Positions 36,291 through 47,398 of a stretch of 64,000 bases of DNA are shown here, piece by piece; the first letter of the stretch is position 1; the number at the start of each line of letters is the position of its first letter. The position numbers and the translations under genes are program-made. The DNA comes from Desulfatiglandales bacterium (GTDB lineage: Bacteria > Desulfobacterota > DSM-4660 > Desulfatiglandales > Desulfatiglandaceae), in the NCBI GenBank assembly GCA_963662465.1, contig OY759599.1, positions 128,001-192,000 of the forward strand. The letters are read 5' to 3'. The notes below the pieces were generated by a model that ran no database searches, was not told the DNA's origin, and saw only the letters and a list, made by a program, of their open reading frames with translations.

Positions 36291-38088
36291 CAGCAATTCC
36301 CGGTCAAGAATTTACTCACAGAGTTTGAAAAACATATTTCAAAAACAAACCCTGAGATCAGATCCTTTTCAGAAAAATTGTATTAAATCCACTATTACCT
36401 CCCTCGATTTCTTGCAGGTTGAGCTTCTTTGACAAGAGTAAGAGCATAAAAGCACGAGTTAGGGCAGAGATATCCATTTCCGGAATCTCCAGTTTTTTAT
36501 TAATGAGAGCATTTTTGTATGCGAACTTGGGCATGACAAATTTAACCACTGTTATATAGAATAACTGGCGCTTGAAACTTTACGCCATAATAGAGGGCTT
36601 CATAGAGCATCCTCATCGATTTGAATTCAAAATCTCTAAACAAAGCTCTCATCCGTTCCCACAATTCCCTTTTTGAGCCGAGTTTATGCCATGCGGCTAT
36701 AAATAGAGGGCAACAAAGCTGTTGAGTTTGATCCACCAAGAATGCCAGCATCATGAGCATCGCAAAAACAACACTCAGATTCTTCTTGCCGAGCCCGTAG
36801 TTGTGTTCAAAATGATATCCTTGGTTCTTAAGAGTATTGAAGGTTTCATTTTCGATCTTCCATCTCGCACGGCCGCCTCGCATTAGCTGGTATGCATTGT
36901 CCTTTCCTATTAAAAAATCTGTCACCCAACTAAAATGTTTTGTTTTTTTCGGTGTAATTTCCCAATATTCCAGAAAGTTAACCAGCATATTCTTGTTAGA
37001 GGCATTGAGAGGTACCTGGTTAATAAATCGGAAACGATGTATTTTTTCCGGATCCTCTTTATCGACCAATTCGAATTCAGTGACGTCACCATTTATCCGC
37101 GCTTGTTCGACGTGATTAAACAAGAAATGGTGATCTCCTTTTTTAACTCCCAGAATATAATGAAAATTTTGCTTTTGTATTTCTTCAATGTGGGGTGCAT
37201 TCGAACTTAACGCGTCCTCTGTTATAATGATAGGCAGATGGGGATGCTCCTCTTTTAGCTTTTGCAAGAAACGTTTCGCGGCATTACGCTCACAGTCGTT
37301 CTTGCTTTGGCCATCCTGCTTGACTATGAATTCCGGAGCAAGCGGAATGACCTCTTTGAAATCCGGATGGACAATTGCTGCCCCCAACATCTGCTGATAA
37401 TAGGTTTTTTCGCCGGTTTTTTTCGATACTTTTACCAAACAACTATCAGAGGAAAGTTTCTTCGATGAGAAGAAACCCGTTCCATCCAAAGATAGAAGAT
37501 AACAACCTTCGAAAAATACCATACGTTCAAGCACCTTTCCCCTTTGCAGTTCCCAGAAGATATTCCTATACGGTTTCCGAAGTTCTTCTGCGAGCACTTC
37601 ATCAAGAATGGTGCGCATCGTACTGTCACATGGGATCTTTCCAATATGGTATATGTTCCCAAGATTACTATCGGTTTTTCTTCTTTCATCAAAGGCAAGC
37701 AACGATGGCTCCTTGAGCGAAAACATTGCAAACCCGGACATCAAGGCATCCGCAATAGTAATATCGGGATCCTCACGGCAGTCAGAGACTTCAGAAAAAT
37801 CTTTATGCAGACGCTTGAAAATTGCATCTGCATTAAGATGCTTGCGAACTCCAATCTTGCCTCTCTCTTTTCTTCCTTTTTGGCTTCTGATTCCCATAGG
37901 CAGTAATCATCGGCCAAGTTGATCTGAAAGTCCAGCTTTTTCTGAGAATTGCCAAAAAAATTCCTGTTTTATTTTAAAAATTGGAGAAAAAAGCCTTTTC
38001 AGGCTATTCATTCAACGTAAAGCTTTACGAAAAGGAAATGCCAAAAGGTACTGTCCTAGCGCCTTTAGAATCTAAGCGGGAATTGCTG
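36291..38088 (-). mobile_element. complete IS (ISNCY/IS4-like clan)
   Basis: IR CAGCAATTCCCG (36291-36302 / 38077-38088); 9-bp target duplication ACCGATCAT (36282-36290, 38089-38097). Confidence 0.93.
36542..37897 (-). CDS. DDE transposase
   Basis: LSLDGTG, KNDCERNAAKR, TEDAL, GRARWKIENETFNTLK. Confidence 0.9.
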   Translation of the reverse strand: MGIRSQKGRKERGKIGVRKHLNADAIFKRLHKDFSEVSDCREDPDITIADALMSGFAMFSLKEPSLLAFDERRKTDSNLGNIYHIGKIPCDSTMRTILDEVLAEELRKPYRNIFWELQRGKVLERMVFFEGCYLLSLDGTGFFSSKKLSSDSCLVKVSKKTGEKTYYQQMLGAAIVHPDFKEVIPLAPEFIVKQDGQSKNDCERNAAKRFLQKLKEEHPHLPIIITEDALSSNAPHIEEIQKQNFHYILGVKKGDHHFLFNHVEQARINGDVTEFELVDKEDPEKIHRFRFINQVPLNASNKNMLVNFLEYWEITPKKTKHFSWVTDFLIGKDNAYQLMRGGRARWKIENETFNTLKNQGYHFEHNYGLGKKNLSVVFAMLMMLAFLVDQTQQLCCPLFIAAWHKLGSKRELWERMRALFRDFEFKSMRMLYEALYYGVKFQAPVILYNSG

Positions 38089-38096
38089 ACCGATCA

Positions 38097-38414
38097 TTAA
38101 CCCAAAACTGCCGACAGTACCTTGAATGCCAGCTTCAGTTGTTCGGTATCCGCTTGATCCAGGAGAGACGTTATTATGAACTTCCTTTCCACGGGATCTT
38201 CGATTTGAATAAAGCCGAAGATTTCACCCAGATCCACTCCCAATGATTCCGAGAGCTTTATCAAGGTATTAAGGGTCGGATTTTCATTTCCCCTCTCAAT
38301 GCTGCTAAGATATTTCGGGTTGATTTCCATTTTTTCAGACAATTGTTCCTGTGTAAGTCCTTTCTTGTTCCTGACCTCCTTTATTCGTGCCCCGATCATC
38401 TGTTTTTTATCCAC
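38097..38414 (-). CDS. XRE-family transcriptional regulator
   Basis: IGARIKEVRNKKGLTQEQLSE...YLSSIERG-x-x-NPTL; probable GTG start at 38414. Confidence 0.9.
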   Translation of the reverse strand: MDKKQMIGARIKEVRNKKGLTQEQLSEKMEINPKYLSSIERGNENPTLNTLIKLSESLGVDLGEIFGFIQIEDPVERKFIITSLLDQADTEQLKLAFKVLSAVLG

Positions 38415-38605
38415 GGCCTTTAACTCCCCGTCATTTTTGATTTTTCTAATTGTGACAGAGAGCAAGCCAGTTAAAAACAGCCCCACACACGGAATATGTT
38501 TGACATATTCTTGGTGTGAGACTTAGGATTCAACTTGTCAGATGGAATTTTGGGTGTATTTGATGTCCTGTGGATGGAACATCTATCTTTCCATTATGGA
38601 AGTGA

Positions 38606-39076
38606 ATGAAAATAGATCAGATAAGGGGATATTTGGTGAAATACTTAATATACCTATTCGGTGCGCTGATTTTAGTTCTGCTTACGCCCACAGTAAACGT
38701 GGAAAAGTTACACTATGAAAAGTGGTATCAAGTTACGCTCAGAGCAAACGGAAAAAAGTTGCACTATGAAAAATGGTATCAGGAGAGATGGTGTAAGGCG
38801 AATGGTGGACAGATGGAAGTGGTATTTCCGGACAAAACCCGATGTGATTGTTTGACGAACACTCACGCCATTGAATTTGATTTTGGAAAAAAATGGGCTG
38901 AATCTATCGGCCAGGCGCTTTACTATTCGATCCAGACGGGAAAAAGGGCAGGGGTAGTACTCATACTGGAAAAACCGGGTGATTATAAATATTGGATTCG
39001 ATTAAATACCATTATTGAGCATTTCAGTTTGCCCATTGACACATGGAAAACAGCGCCACCGGGCGGTCTTGATTGA
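38606..39076 (+). CDS. secreted/anchored hypothetical protein with PD-(D/E)XK-like pattern
   Basis: Hydrophobic N-terminus; duplicated KLHYEKWYQ; RCDCL...AIEFDF...ESIGQALYY. Confidence 0.7.
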   Translation: MKIDQIRGYLVKYLIYLFGALILVLLTPTVNVEKLHYEKWYQVTLRANGKKLHYEKWYQERWCKANGGQMEVVFPDKTRCDCLTNTHAIEFDFGKKWAESIGQALYYSIQTGKRAGVVLILEKPGDYKYWIRLNTIIEHFSLPIDTWKTAPPGGLD

Positions 39077-39190
39077 GTAACAAGGCCGCCAAACGAATTC
39101 ACCATGAACCCCCCAAAGATCGAACCCGGTGCAATTGTCTCACCAGGGGACATGCCATAGAGTTTTGTTTCGGTAACAAGTGGCTTAATC
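39073..39190 (+). pseudogene. diverged partial copy of the preceding gene
   Basis: DRTRCNCLTRGHAIEFCFGNKW versus DKTRCDCLTNTHAIEFDFGKKW. Confidence 0.65.
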
Positions 39191-39212
39191 CACGGGTCGC
39201 TATTACACAATC

Positions 39213-39479
39213 CTACTTTTTCAAGTTTTCAGCTTTTGCTTTCGGCTTTGTGGGAAAGTGATCACACTGTTGGCAAAGTATGTCAATCATTCGCTTCAAG
39301 TTTTCCATGGGGATCATCATGCGAGCCTCTTCCTTTAATCCCTCGGGCAGTGCTGTGCTGAAACGGAGATAATTGAGCCCGTCGCTTCGGGTAGAAATCA
39401 TCAGATTGTCAACGAAAACAGTGGGCAAGTCTTCCTTAATGGGGGGTTGCGGAGTGTCGCCTATTTTCTTATCAGACAT
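39213..39479 (-). CDS. small hypothetical protein (DUF3467-like pattern), third gene of the TA operon
   Basis: GGAGG RBS, overlaps the antitoxin stop; PTVFVDNLMI...LRF...ARMMIP-x-ENLKRMIDIL. Confidence 0.7.
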   Translation of the reverse strand: MSDKKIGDTPQPPIKEDLPTVFVDNLMISTRSDGLNYLRFSTALPEGLKEEARMMIPMENLKRMIDILCQQCDHFPTKPKAKAENLKK

Positions 39480-40029
39480 ATTGATTCCTCCCTATACTCG
39501 TAGTTTGCCTCGGACCACTAGGAAATACCTTTTGAGTACGGCCGTTCCCGGAATTGTCAACATATACCACAATCACCGAAGTTGTTAATTGTGTGGGTCT
39601 GTACACAATTTCATTTTCAGGCTCCACAAGCGGAAAACGGCCATCTTCGGTTTTTTTGAAAAGTTCAACGGACTTCATCAAATAGACCGTCTTATCCGCA
39701 AACTGGGTTTTGAAAATAAATCCTCGACGTATCCTCCGATGTTTGTGAAGGGCCTGACGGGATATTCCTAATATGGTCGCGGCCTGGGTTGCTGTCACAA
39801 AATCTCTGAGGGGAAAAGACTGGAGCATTTCTCCCAGCGCCACTTTTCTGGCTTTTTCAATCTCCAATATTGTGTCAGGGGAATAGGCCAAATCCCCACA
39901 CTCTTCACATTCCACATATTCGACTGCCGGAATGGTGAACGGTCCGACGTACGCATCCTTCAAGTCGAGGTTTCCATGTTTGGTTATGTATTGACCACCG
40001 CATTGATTACATCTCATGATATCCCTCAT
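39472..40029 (-). CDS. MqsA/YgiT-type zinc-finger HTH antitoxin with C-terminal extension
   Basis: CNQCGG...CEECGD; TATQAATILGISRQALHK; ~50-aa tail. Confidence 0.8.
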   Translation of the reverse strand: MRDIMRCNQCGGQYITKHGNLDLKDAYVGPFTIPAVEYVECEECGDLAYSPDTILEIEKARKVALGEMLQSFPLRDFVTATQAATILGISRQALHKHRRIRRGFIFKTQFADKTVYLMKSVELFKKTEDGRFPLVEPENEIVYRPTQLTTSVIVVYVDNSGNGRTQKVFPSGPRQTTSIGRNQYV

Positions 40030-40397
40030 ATTTTCTTAAAGCTGTCCACCAGCAGAACATTCGTTTTTTTGTCGATGTAGAAGTGGGTATATACATCTTC
40101 ACCCTTCAGGCCATATGCCTTGTAGTAGTCAATAGGTAAATCTTTGTTAAAATAAGAGTTTTCGGTCTTATAAAAATGCTTTTGCTGCAACTTCTTAAAC
40201 GCATCCAGTATGTCAGTCAACTCCCATCCAAAATCCTTGAGCGCACTCTCCAGTGCCTGGGCACGAATCACAACATTTCTCGCTTTGGCAAGCGCCTTGA
40301 CCACCCGAAGACTGTAATACGCCCCTGTTCGCCGGCGAATGGGGTTCTCCTTTTTTCTTTTTACCATAATCTGGCACAGAGGGTTGACAGATGTCAA
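40026..40397 (-). CDS. MqsR-like RelE-superfamily toxin
   Basis: YSL-x-x-VK...ILDAFKKLQQKHFYKT...DYYK...VDSFK; ATGA-coupled to the antitoxin; start may be ATG 40367. Confidence 0.75.
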   Translation of the reverse strand: MTSVNPLCQIMVKRKKENPIRRRTGAYYSLRVVKALAKARNVVIRAQALESALKDFGWELTDILDAFKKLQQKHFYKTENSYFNKDLPIDYYKAYGLKGEDVYTHFYIDKKTNVLLVDSFKKI

Positions 40398-40398
40398 C
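40383..40398. promoter_or_regulatory. palindromic operator overlapping a TTGACA box
   Basis: GTTGACA-GA-TGTCAAC perfect 7-bp dyad directly upstream of the TA operon. Confidence 0.65.
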
Positions 40399-40424
40399 TT
40401 TATTGTTGCGGGTTTAAAAAAAAA

Positions 40425-43140
40425 TTACCATTTTTCAAGCAGGACGCCTTTTTTCTCCATTTCGTTCAAGACAACGGAACAGCTATCCCAGTCAAAATCC
40501 GCCACCCGGTTGTATTTTTCATCAAAGGGGTGTTTGGGGTGAACGGATTTTATCAGCTTTTTGGCTTCATCGATTTCTCCGTTGGCCACATCGATCCAGA
40601 CATCCTCCAGGATATCCGGAATCTGGCCGAATAGCCCGAAGATGTCTTCCAGACGGCTTGACAAAAGATCGTGGACGCGGTCTTCCACAGATCCCTTGTA
40701 GCGCATGTTGTAAACATAGATTTCATCGCGCACCTGGCCGATACGTTGGATACGGCCTTTTCTCTGTTCCAGCCGCGTGGGATTCCATGGAAGGTCAAGG
40801 TTGATGAGAGTCCCTAACCGTTGCAGGTTCAATCCTTCACTTGCTGCGTCCGTGCCAAGGAGCAGGCGGAGTTCGCTTCTTCCCACCTTCTGCTTTATTT
40901 CATCCCGTGACGTCCGCTTGAATTCTCCATTTCGTATGATCCCTGAATTTCCACCCCCGGCATAAACCCCGATGGCCTCTTCCGGAAGGTCTGCGGAAAG
41001 CTGCTGCGCCAGCCACCAGATGGAATCGAAATACTGCGAAAAGACGATGCAGCCCAATTCAAGCCAGCCTTTGGAGACCAGATAGTCGAATACCTTTTGA
41101 TATTTCGGATCACGATCCTGATTGGCTTCGAGGGCCTTGAGGCAGCGATTCAGTTCATCCCTTTCTACTGCGGTAAGGTCCTTCATGCTGCCACCAGGAG
41201 TCTCATGATGAAACGCGGCGTCATCATCTTCTTCAAAAAGGTCGGCATTGATGATCCTGCTTTCATCGCCCCACTCGGTCAGCATCTTCTCGGTTGTCTG
41301 CCTTCCTGCGTATATGGTACTCCCGATCCTTCTCAGAAGCAGGGTTTTCAGAAATCCGGCTCCTTTGGCCCTCCGGCTCAACAGGGTGCAAAACGTCTCG
41401 GCTGCCTGGTAGGCGTCATTCCGATACGGCGGCAAAGGGACGGCATCGTCCGGATCTTCACCAAAGAGTCTCACTCTTACGGGCTTGAGATAAGGTTCTC
41501 CGGTGGCCGGATCGATGGTCTCCTCAAGAAACTGCCGGGTTCTTCTGACAATGTGGCGAATAAACGGATTGTGCTCTCTCCCAAATCCAGGAATCACACT
41601 CCTGAGACGCGTAATTTCGGGCGGACGCAGACGTTCCAGGCTGTCGCCATCGGCAACCGGGTCGTCATCTGCAAGCCCTAATTTTTTTCCTAAGATTCTT
41701 GAAAGCAATCCCTTCAGACGCGGGGGGCATTGGGTTTCGAATCCATCGCCAGGCATCCCCCAGTTCCCCGGGGATGTCCGTTTCGCCCATCACTACGGGG
41801 ATAGCCTTGTCCGGTTTGCTCCATTCGCTCCATTCCGTTCCTAACACCCTGTCATTACCTTTTGCCAGGATACGGAGGAGGTCCCAGGCCTCGATGGGAT
41901 GAAGCTGAACCGGGGTTGCGGTTGCCAGAAGGAGGCTCTTAGTGCGGTGGCTGATCTCCCACAAAAATCGCATCAGGTTGTTGGGGTCGGCCTTTTCATA
42001 AACGCTCTGAGGGTTGACCTTGCGTCGCCGCGCCCGGTGGGCCTCATCCACAATCACGCATTCAAACCGCATGCTCTTGAGGTACTCCACAATTTCAGAA
42101 CCCGACGTGATGAGCCCCTGAGAAATGATCCCCACCTTCCTGGGACATTTTCGGATGGATTCCGGGCCGTGTGCGGGATGAACGATTCCCTGTTCATCGA
42201 TCCATTCTTTCCCTGTCCAGACTGCTGAAGGCATGCCCAACAGATCAATCAATTCGTCCTGCCACTGCAAGGTAAGGGATTTCGGAACAATGATCAGGCA
42301 GGGCCTTTCTCCATGAAGGGCCATCAGCATGGCGCTCAAGGCCAGTTGAATGGTTTTACCCAGCCCCACCTGGTCAGCCAGTACAAAGCGTGCACCCCCC
42401 TGCAAATGAGCATCGTAGGCCAGTTTGATGAAATACTTCTGATGTGCCCACAGACCGTATTCTTTTCGATAGACCGGCGTTTCCACGGCCCCCGAGGCCG
42501 GATCGCTTTCGGGATCATCCTTCCAGTCAACAACCGAAATTTCCCGTCGATTGGCCAGACGCTGAATGTCGGATACCACAAAATCACTCAGTGGGATCGC
42601 CGCAGGATGAAACCAGAGCGCGTTAAATTCCTCCTCTACCCATTTTATGGCTTCTTCGGAATCATCCTCCCACACCAGTTCATAGTTGAGCTTCCATGCG
42701 GAGAGGCTTTCGTTGGTGCTCCCCATAAAGCTGGTCTTCCGGCCATTTGCATATCCAATAATTCCTGCCTTCCCATGAATGAGCCCAAAGGCTTGATCCG
42801 GCAGAACCTTGACCGCCATCTTTCCGGAAATCAGCAGATCATAGAGACGCTGAAACCGTTCTTTGGTGTTTGCAGGGAGTTTTTCCGGTTCACCCCCGCA
42901 CCATGATTTGCGCAAGGCTTGCTGGGCGGCCTTGGCAGTCAGTACATCCCGTTCGTCAATATCGGAATTGCAGACCACCCGGATCTTTCCATTCAGATTC
43001 TCCAGGTGTTCACCGGCGATTTCAAGGAGGGATGAGCGAAAATATCCGGCAATCCGGTCGTAGGATACCGCGCCTTTTAGACGCTCATGGATAAAGGAGG
43101 CATCGAGGTTCTGCCGTCTGGAGGAAAATCGTTGAATCAT
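40425..43140 (-). pseudogene. PLD-nuclease + SNF2 helicase of a restriction-like defence system, frameshifted
   Basis: YDRIAGYF, HGKAG...GSTNES (PLD); LADQVGLGKT, VDEAH, TATP, TDAASEGLNLQ, PWNPTRLEQRKGRIQR. Split at an A7 run near 41682-41688; removing one A restores NLRKKLGLADD. Confidence 0.88.
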
Positions 43141-43154
43141 TCCGCGTCATCCTT

Positions 43155-44761
43155 CTACAGTATCCCGGCATGATCGTTTGCCACGGCTCCGGCCAACCTT
43201 TGAGCAGCATCTGCATCCTTTTCCCAGTGGGGCATGTGGGTAATGTGGGACAAAGCGGCCAGGTAATTGAGTACGGCTACGATCTGTTTGCGCTGCTGCC
43301 AGTAGGTGGGCACTTCCTCCCGCAGCCAGTTCAACCCCTGCCGGGCGTCGTCGGTACGAACCGTCTCGTGGATGGCAAAGAGGATGTTGCGCAAAGGGGT
43401 GCCGCCGAATTCCCCATTTCCCAAAACGGTTTTCTTGAACTCGGACCTGGTTTTGAAACGGACCGCATTGGCTTTGGCCTGGGGTAGAGTCCAGTATAAT
43501 CCTTCACCCCAAATCCCTTGGCCAGCTCCTGATAGGCCCCGGCCCGCGCCTCCATGTTTTTCTCTAATTCCAGTCCTTTCAGATACAGCCGTTCCGGGGC
43601 CGCCAGGGTTTTCCAGTATCGGGTCTCCAGCCCTTTTGGAACAAGATGATCCGAAGCGATCTCCACGGCCCGGTTGATGACCTGCTCAAATGCAGATGGC
43701 TCTCCGGCCTGCTTGTGCCGGAACAGCTCATGGCGGATGTCATGCCCTTCAATATCACTGTAGCTGGTGAGCACTCGAAGGGCCGCCGCATAGGCTGCCA
43801 ACTGATAATCGGTATCTGCAAAATTGGGATCTTCTTTGTCATCCAGGGCCAACATCTGGTCCAGTTGACGGCGGACTTCATCTTCGATTTCAGGGTAGAG
43901 TTCATCGAGGAAGGCGGTATCGCTTGCAGTGCGTTTACGGAGGATGAGGAGGACTGTGCCCTGAACGTAGTTGCCCTGTTTCAGACCTGATGTGGTTTCT
44001 GTTCCGATGGTCCACGCGGCTGTCACCCTGAGACCTGCAGCCCAGAGGATCATTGCCAGATCGGCCCAGACAGAGGCATCCTGGTGGGTGAACATAACGA
44101 GCTGGAGACCATTATCTGGCATATGGTTGGTGAGGTTGGTATAGGATTCAACCATAGCGCGTTTGAAATCACCACCGGAACCTCGAATAGCTAATGCTTT
44201 TTTGGTGTCCGTGTACCAGTTTGGGAAGGCTCTGGGAAGATGTTTTTCGTACCACGCGAGAAAGAAATCCGTCAATTCATGATAATTGATAGCATCCGCG
44301 TAAGGGGGGTCTGTAATCCAAAGATGACTATTCCCTCCCACAATCCTGGCGTCATCTAACTCAATTGTAATCTTTGTGTGGATCGGATAATCAGGAATAT
44401 TTTTACACCAAAGATTGTTCGTCTGTGAAAGTCCACGTGTTCCGAAATTATAGAGAGTGTTAAAGGCTTGATTTGAGAATACTTGTTGTACCATATCTCG
44501 ACTTGAATCCAGCCGAGATAACCTGCAATCCCAATCGTTGACCCTTGAGCCAGCCAACAAACCATAAACGAATTGCGCCATATTATTGGATTGAGCTCTC
44601 GTCAATAATAGCCCATGCATCAGCAACTGCCTCGGATTAAACAAATGATGCCAATGGGTCCAGCCCCTTGTTCTGATGGGCTCCTCTGTTTTATCTCCAC
44701 CACGTTCAATCACTCGACTCGGAATAAACCCCTTCTCCTGCCACTCTGAAAACCGTTCCCT
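43155..44761 (-). pseudogene. DUF1156-type DNA methyltransferase, 5'-truncated and frameshifted
   Basis: EPIRTRGWTHWHHLFNPRQLL, ITDPPYADAINYHEL, VMFTHQ; frameshift near 43481-43484; 5' part replaced by IS1634 sequence. Confidence 0.85.
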
Positions 44762-46046
44762 CTCACGGTCAAGTCTGCGTGGCCATGGTAACCGGCATTA
44801 TGTTCCAGGTTCTTCAACTTTACAGGGTTTGTAAATTTGCTAAGGAAACCTCAGTCCTGGATATTATTTTTCCGAATATTGCCCCTAATGAATACTTTGA
44901 TGATCGGCTGGCCGACACCTTGGATGCGATATTCAAGTATGGCATCGGCAACCTGGAAATTCTTTTGACTCAGAGAATGATCAATGTATTCCAAATCATC
45001 AATGATATCTGTCACAATGATACCACTTCGGCATCCGTTTATGGCCAATACAACAAAAACAAAATTGCAGACAGTATCAAAATCACTTTTGGTTACAGCA
45101 AAAAGCATCGCCAGAATCTCAAACAATTGGTTTGGTCCTTGTCTGTAAGCTCCGATAGTGCGTTCCCGTTGTTTCAAAAAGCTTACAGTGGCAACACGTC
45201 TGATGTGGATACCTATGTTGAACAATGGCAGAATCTCATTGATCTTTTAGGGTATCGAGATTTCCTTTATGTTGCTGATTCAAAGATCATCACCAAAAAA
45301 AACATGGCTCATATCCACAACAACGAAGGATTCTTCATCGCGCCGGCTCCGATGTATGCGTCGTATAAAACGGCTTTTTATAACGCCCTTGATCAGCATG
45401 ACCATGAAGTCCTTATTCCTTACAAAAACCAGATCAACTTACCACTTACAAAAATGCCAAAAGAGGTCGTCCGGCAAAAGGCAAAAAGCATGAAAAAATA
45501 CCGGTTGTCAAGGATCATTTCAGCGTGAAACTTGTTTTCAACGAAACAGCTTTTGAAACGGCTCTGTATCGATGCGGCTATTATCCGCTGATAACGAATA
45601 AATCCGAAGACGATCTATCCATTCAAGATGCAATGATGGCTCACAAGAATCAGTACAAAAGTGAGCATACCAACCGCAGAGCAAAAAGCGGTTACAACCT
45701 TGAACCAATTTATCTGCATACCCCTGAGCGAATTGAAGCGTTGCTGTTTCTTTTCAAAATTGCTTTGCAAGTCATTGTACTCATCGAAAGAACAGCCAGA
45801 AAAAATATCGACGAAAGAAACAGAGGGCTCGACAACTTCATGCCCAACAAAAGGGACGTTCGCAATCCAAGAACAGAATATCTCCTGCGCGAATTTCAGT
45901 ACGTAGTAAAGGGCGATATGATCCTTCCCGACGGAAAACCATACGGCTTTATTTCAAAACTTACTGAGTTACAGCAAGACATACTCTCAATATTGGAAGT
46001 CCCGGAAAAATGTTATTCATATGAACATATCTTCAATTCTTCCTAA
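44762..46046 (+). pseudogene. IS1634-family transposase remnant
   Basis: DDRLADTLD, HNDTTSASVYG, ITFGYSKKHRQNLKQ, GNTSD, YVADSK, YK-x-E, PIYLHTPERIEALL; lacks its 5' end and is split near 45440-45528. Confidence 0.85.
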
Positions 46047-46363
46047 AGTAACTGACATCAAAAAACCCTTTATACACCGCCGGCGCAATTTTTTGATATT
46101 GACTTGGGCGCTAACCAAAATGGAACCAGTTTTGCTACTCCAAACGGAACCAGATATTGCGCACTGGTCTTTTCCTTTTAGAAGGGTTTTCTTGTAAATT
46201 TGTTAGAGGTTGCATGAAAGAGTATATCAGATGGTATTTTAAAAATGCTGGTGAGACACGTAGCGTTCTGGTTGAAGAATCAGTGATGAGGATACCATCA
46301 ATATGGTGATGGCAGAGAAGAGGGGATTAGATTTTTCGGTTAAGGGCAATGCTTATTGAGGAA

Positions 46364-46561
46364 CTATTTGTCTATGTCATAGTCGTCCGGTAAATTCAGG
46401 AGGCCTCCCTTCGCCAATTGATCCTCAATCAAATATCCAATTTCCCCGTTTTTTTTCAGCTGTAGAATCATCCATTTGGGGAGACGAATGGTGAGCAGTT
46501 CACGTCTCAAATGTTCCGGTTTCTTTCTTCGGCCGGCGCCTACCCGTTTTCCACCTCTCAT
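46364..46561 (-). CDS. small DNA-binding protein (RHH-like)
   Basis: MRGGKRVGAGRRKK...TIRLP. Confidence 0.6.
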   Translation of the reverse strand: MRGGKRVGAGRRKKPEHLRRELLTIRLPKWMILQLKKNGEIGYLIEDQLAKGGLLNLPDDYDIDK

Positions 46562-46596
46562 TTCAAGCTCCGAGACAAGGTAATTTCTGATATTCG

Positions 46597-46648
46597 TGTA
46601 ACGAGATTCAAACAGACCGGTGAGATTCAAACAGACCGGTGATATTCA
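46597..46648 (+). repeat. candidate IS21-type end with tandem 19-bp repeats
   Basis: TGTAACG followed by AGATTCAAACAGACCGGTG x2 plus a partial third copy, just past the istB stop. Confidence 0.65.
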
Positions 46649-46678
46649 GACCTCAAAACCGGCCCTTTGGCGAACATC

Positions 46679-47398
46679 TCATTTTCTGAGGGAAGGACCA
46701 TCAATATGAATGTTGATGCAGCGATGGTTGAGACGATCCAGCAAGGCATCGACCATGTCCTTTGGTTCAAGCAGCGAATACCATTGTTCAGGTTGAAGAT
46801 TGGTCGTAATAATTGTGGACCGACCGGCTTCATAGCGATCTTTCATGAGTTTAAAAAAGGCGTTCATCTGCTCTTTTTTGAGGGTCAGGTATCCCAGTTC
46901 ATCGAGCAGAAGCAGGTCATATCTGCAAAGGGCATTGAGGAGTTTCGGGGTGGACCGATCTGCCAAAGACGCATAGAGCTGATCCAGCAAATCCTGAACA
47001 TTATAAAAACGCCCCCGGTACCCGGCAATAATGGCTTGACGAAGGATCCCCACGGCCAATCCCGTTTTGCCGACGCCGGTTTTTCCATGGAACACGATGT
47101 TTTCTCTTCGGCTGATAAAGTCAAGGCCGGACAACGTCATGATCCGGCTCTTCTGTATTCCCGGCTGAAGATCAAACGGAAAGGAGTTGAGGGTCCATTC
47201 CCATGGAAGCTTTGCAATCTGGACCCGATAGATCATGCTGCGCTCCTGCCGGAAACGTAATTCCTCAGCCAGGAGATTGTAGATGACCTCGTGAATGGAA
47301 AAACCGTTCTTTTCAGCCGAAGCCAACTGTTCTTCGAGAGCCTTCAGCATGCCTTTAAACTTCAAATCAATGAGTAACTGTTCAATTTTCTTTTTCAT
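46679..47398 (-). CDS. istB: IS21-family helper ATPase
   Basis: GKTGVGKT, LLLLDELGY, STIITTN, ALLDRLNH, GPSLR. Confidence 0.93.
   Translation of the reverse strand: MKKKIEQLLIDLKFKGMLKALEEQLASAEKNGFSIHEVIYNLLAEELRFRQERSMIYRVQIAKLPWEWTLNSFPFDLQPGIQKSRIMTLSGLDFISRRENIVFHGKTGVGKTGLAVGILRQAIIAGYRGRFYNVQDLLDQLYASLADRSTPKLLNALCRYDLLLLDELGYLTLKKEQMNAFFKLMKDRYEAGRSTIITTNLQPEQWYSLLEPKDMVDALLDRLNHRCINIHIDGPSLRK

Noticed and set aside
38820..39190. DGR template/variable repeat pair
   Set aside because: Differences are not adenine-specific, many are synonymous, and no reverse transcriptase is present.
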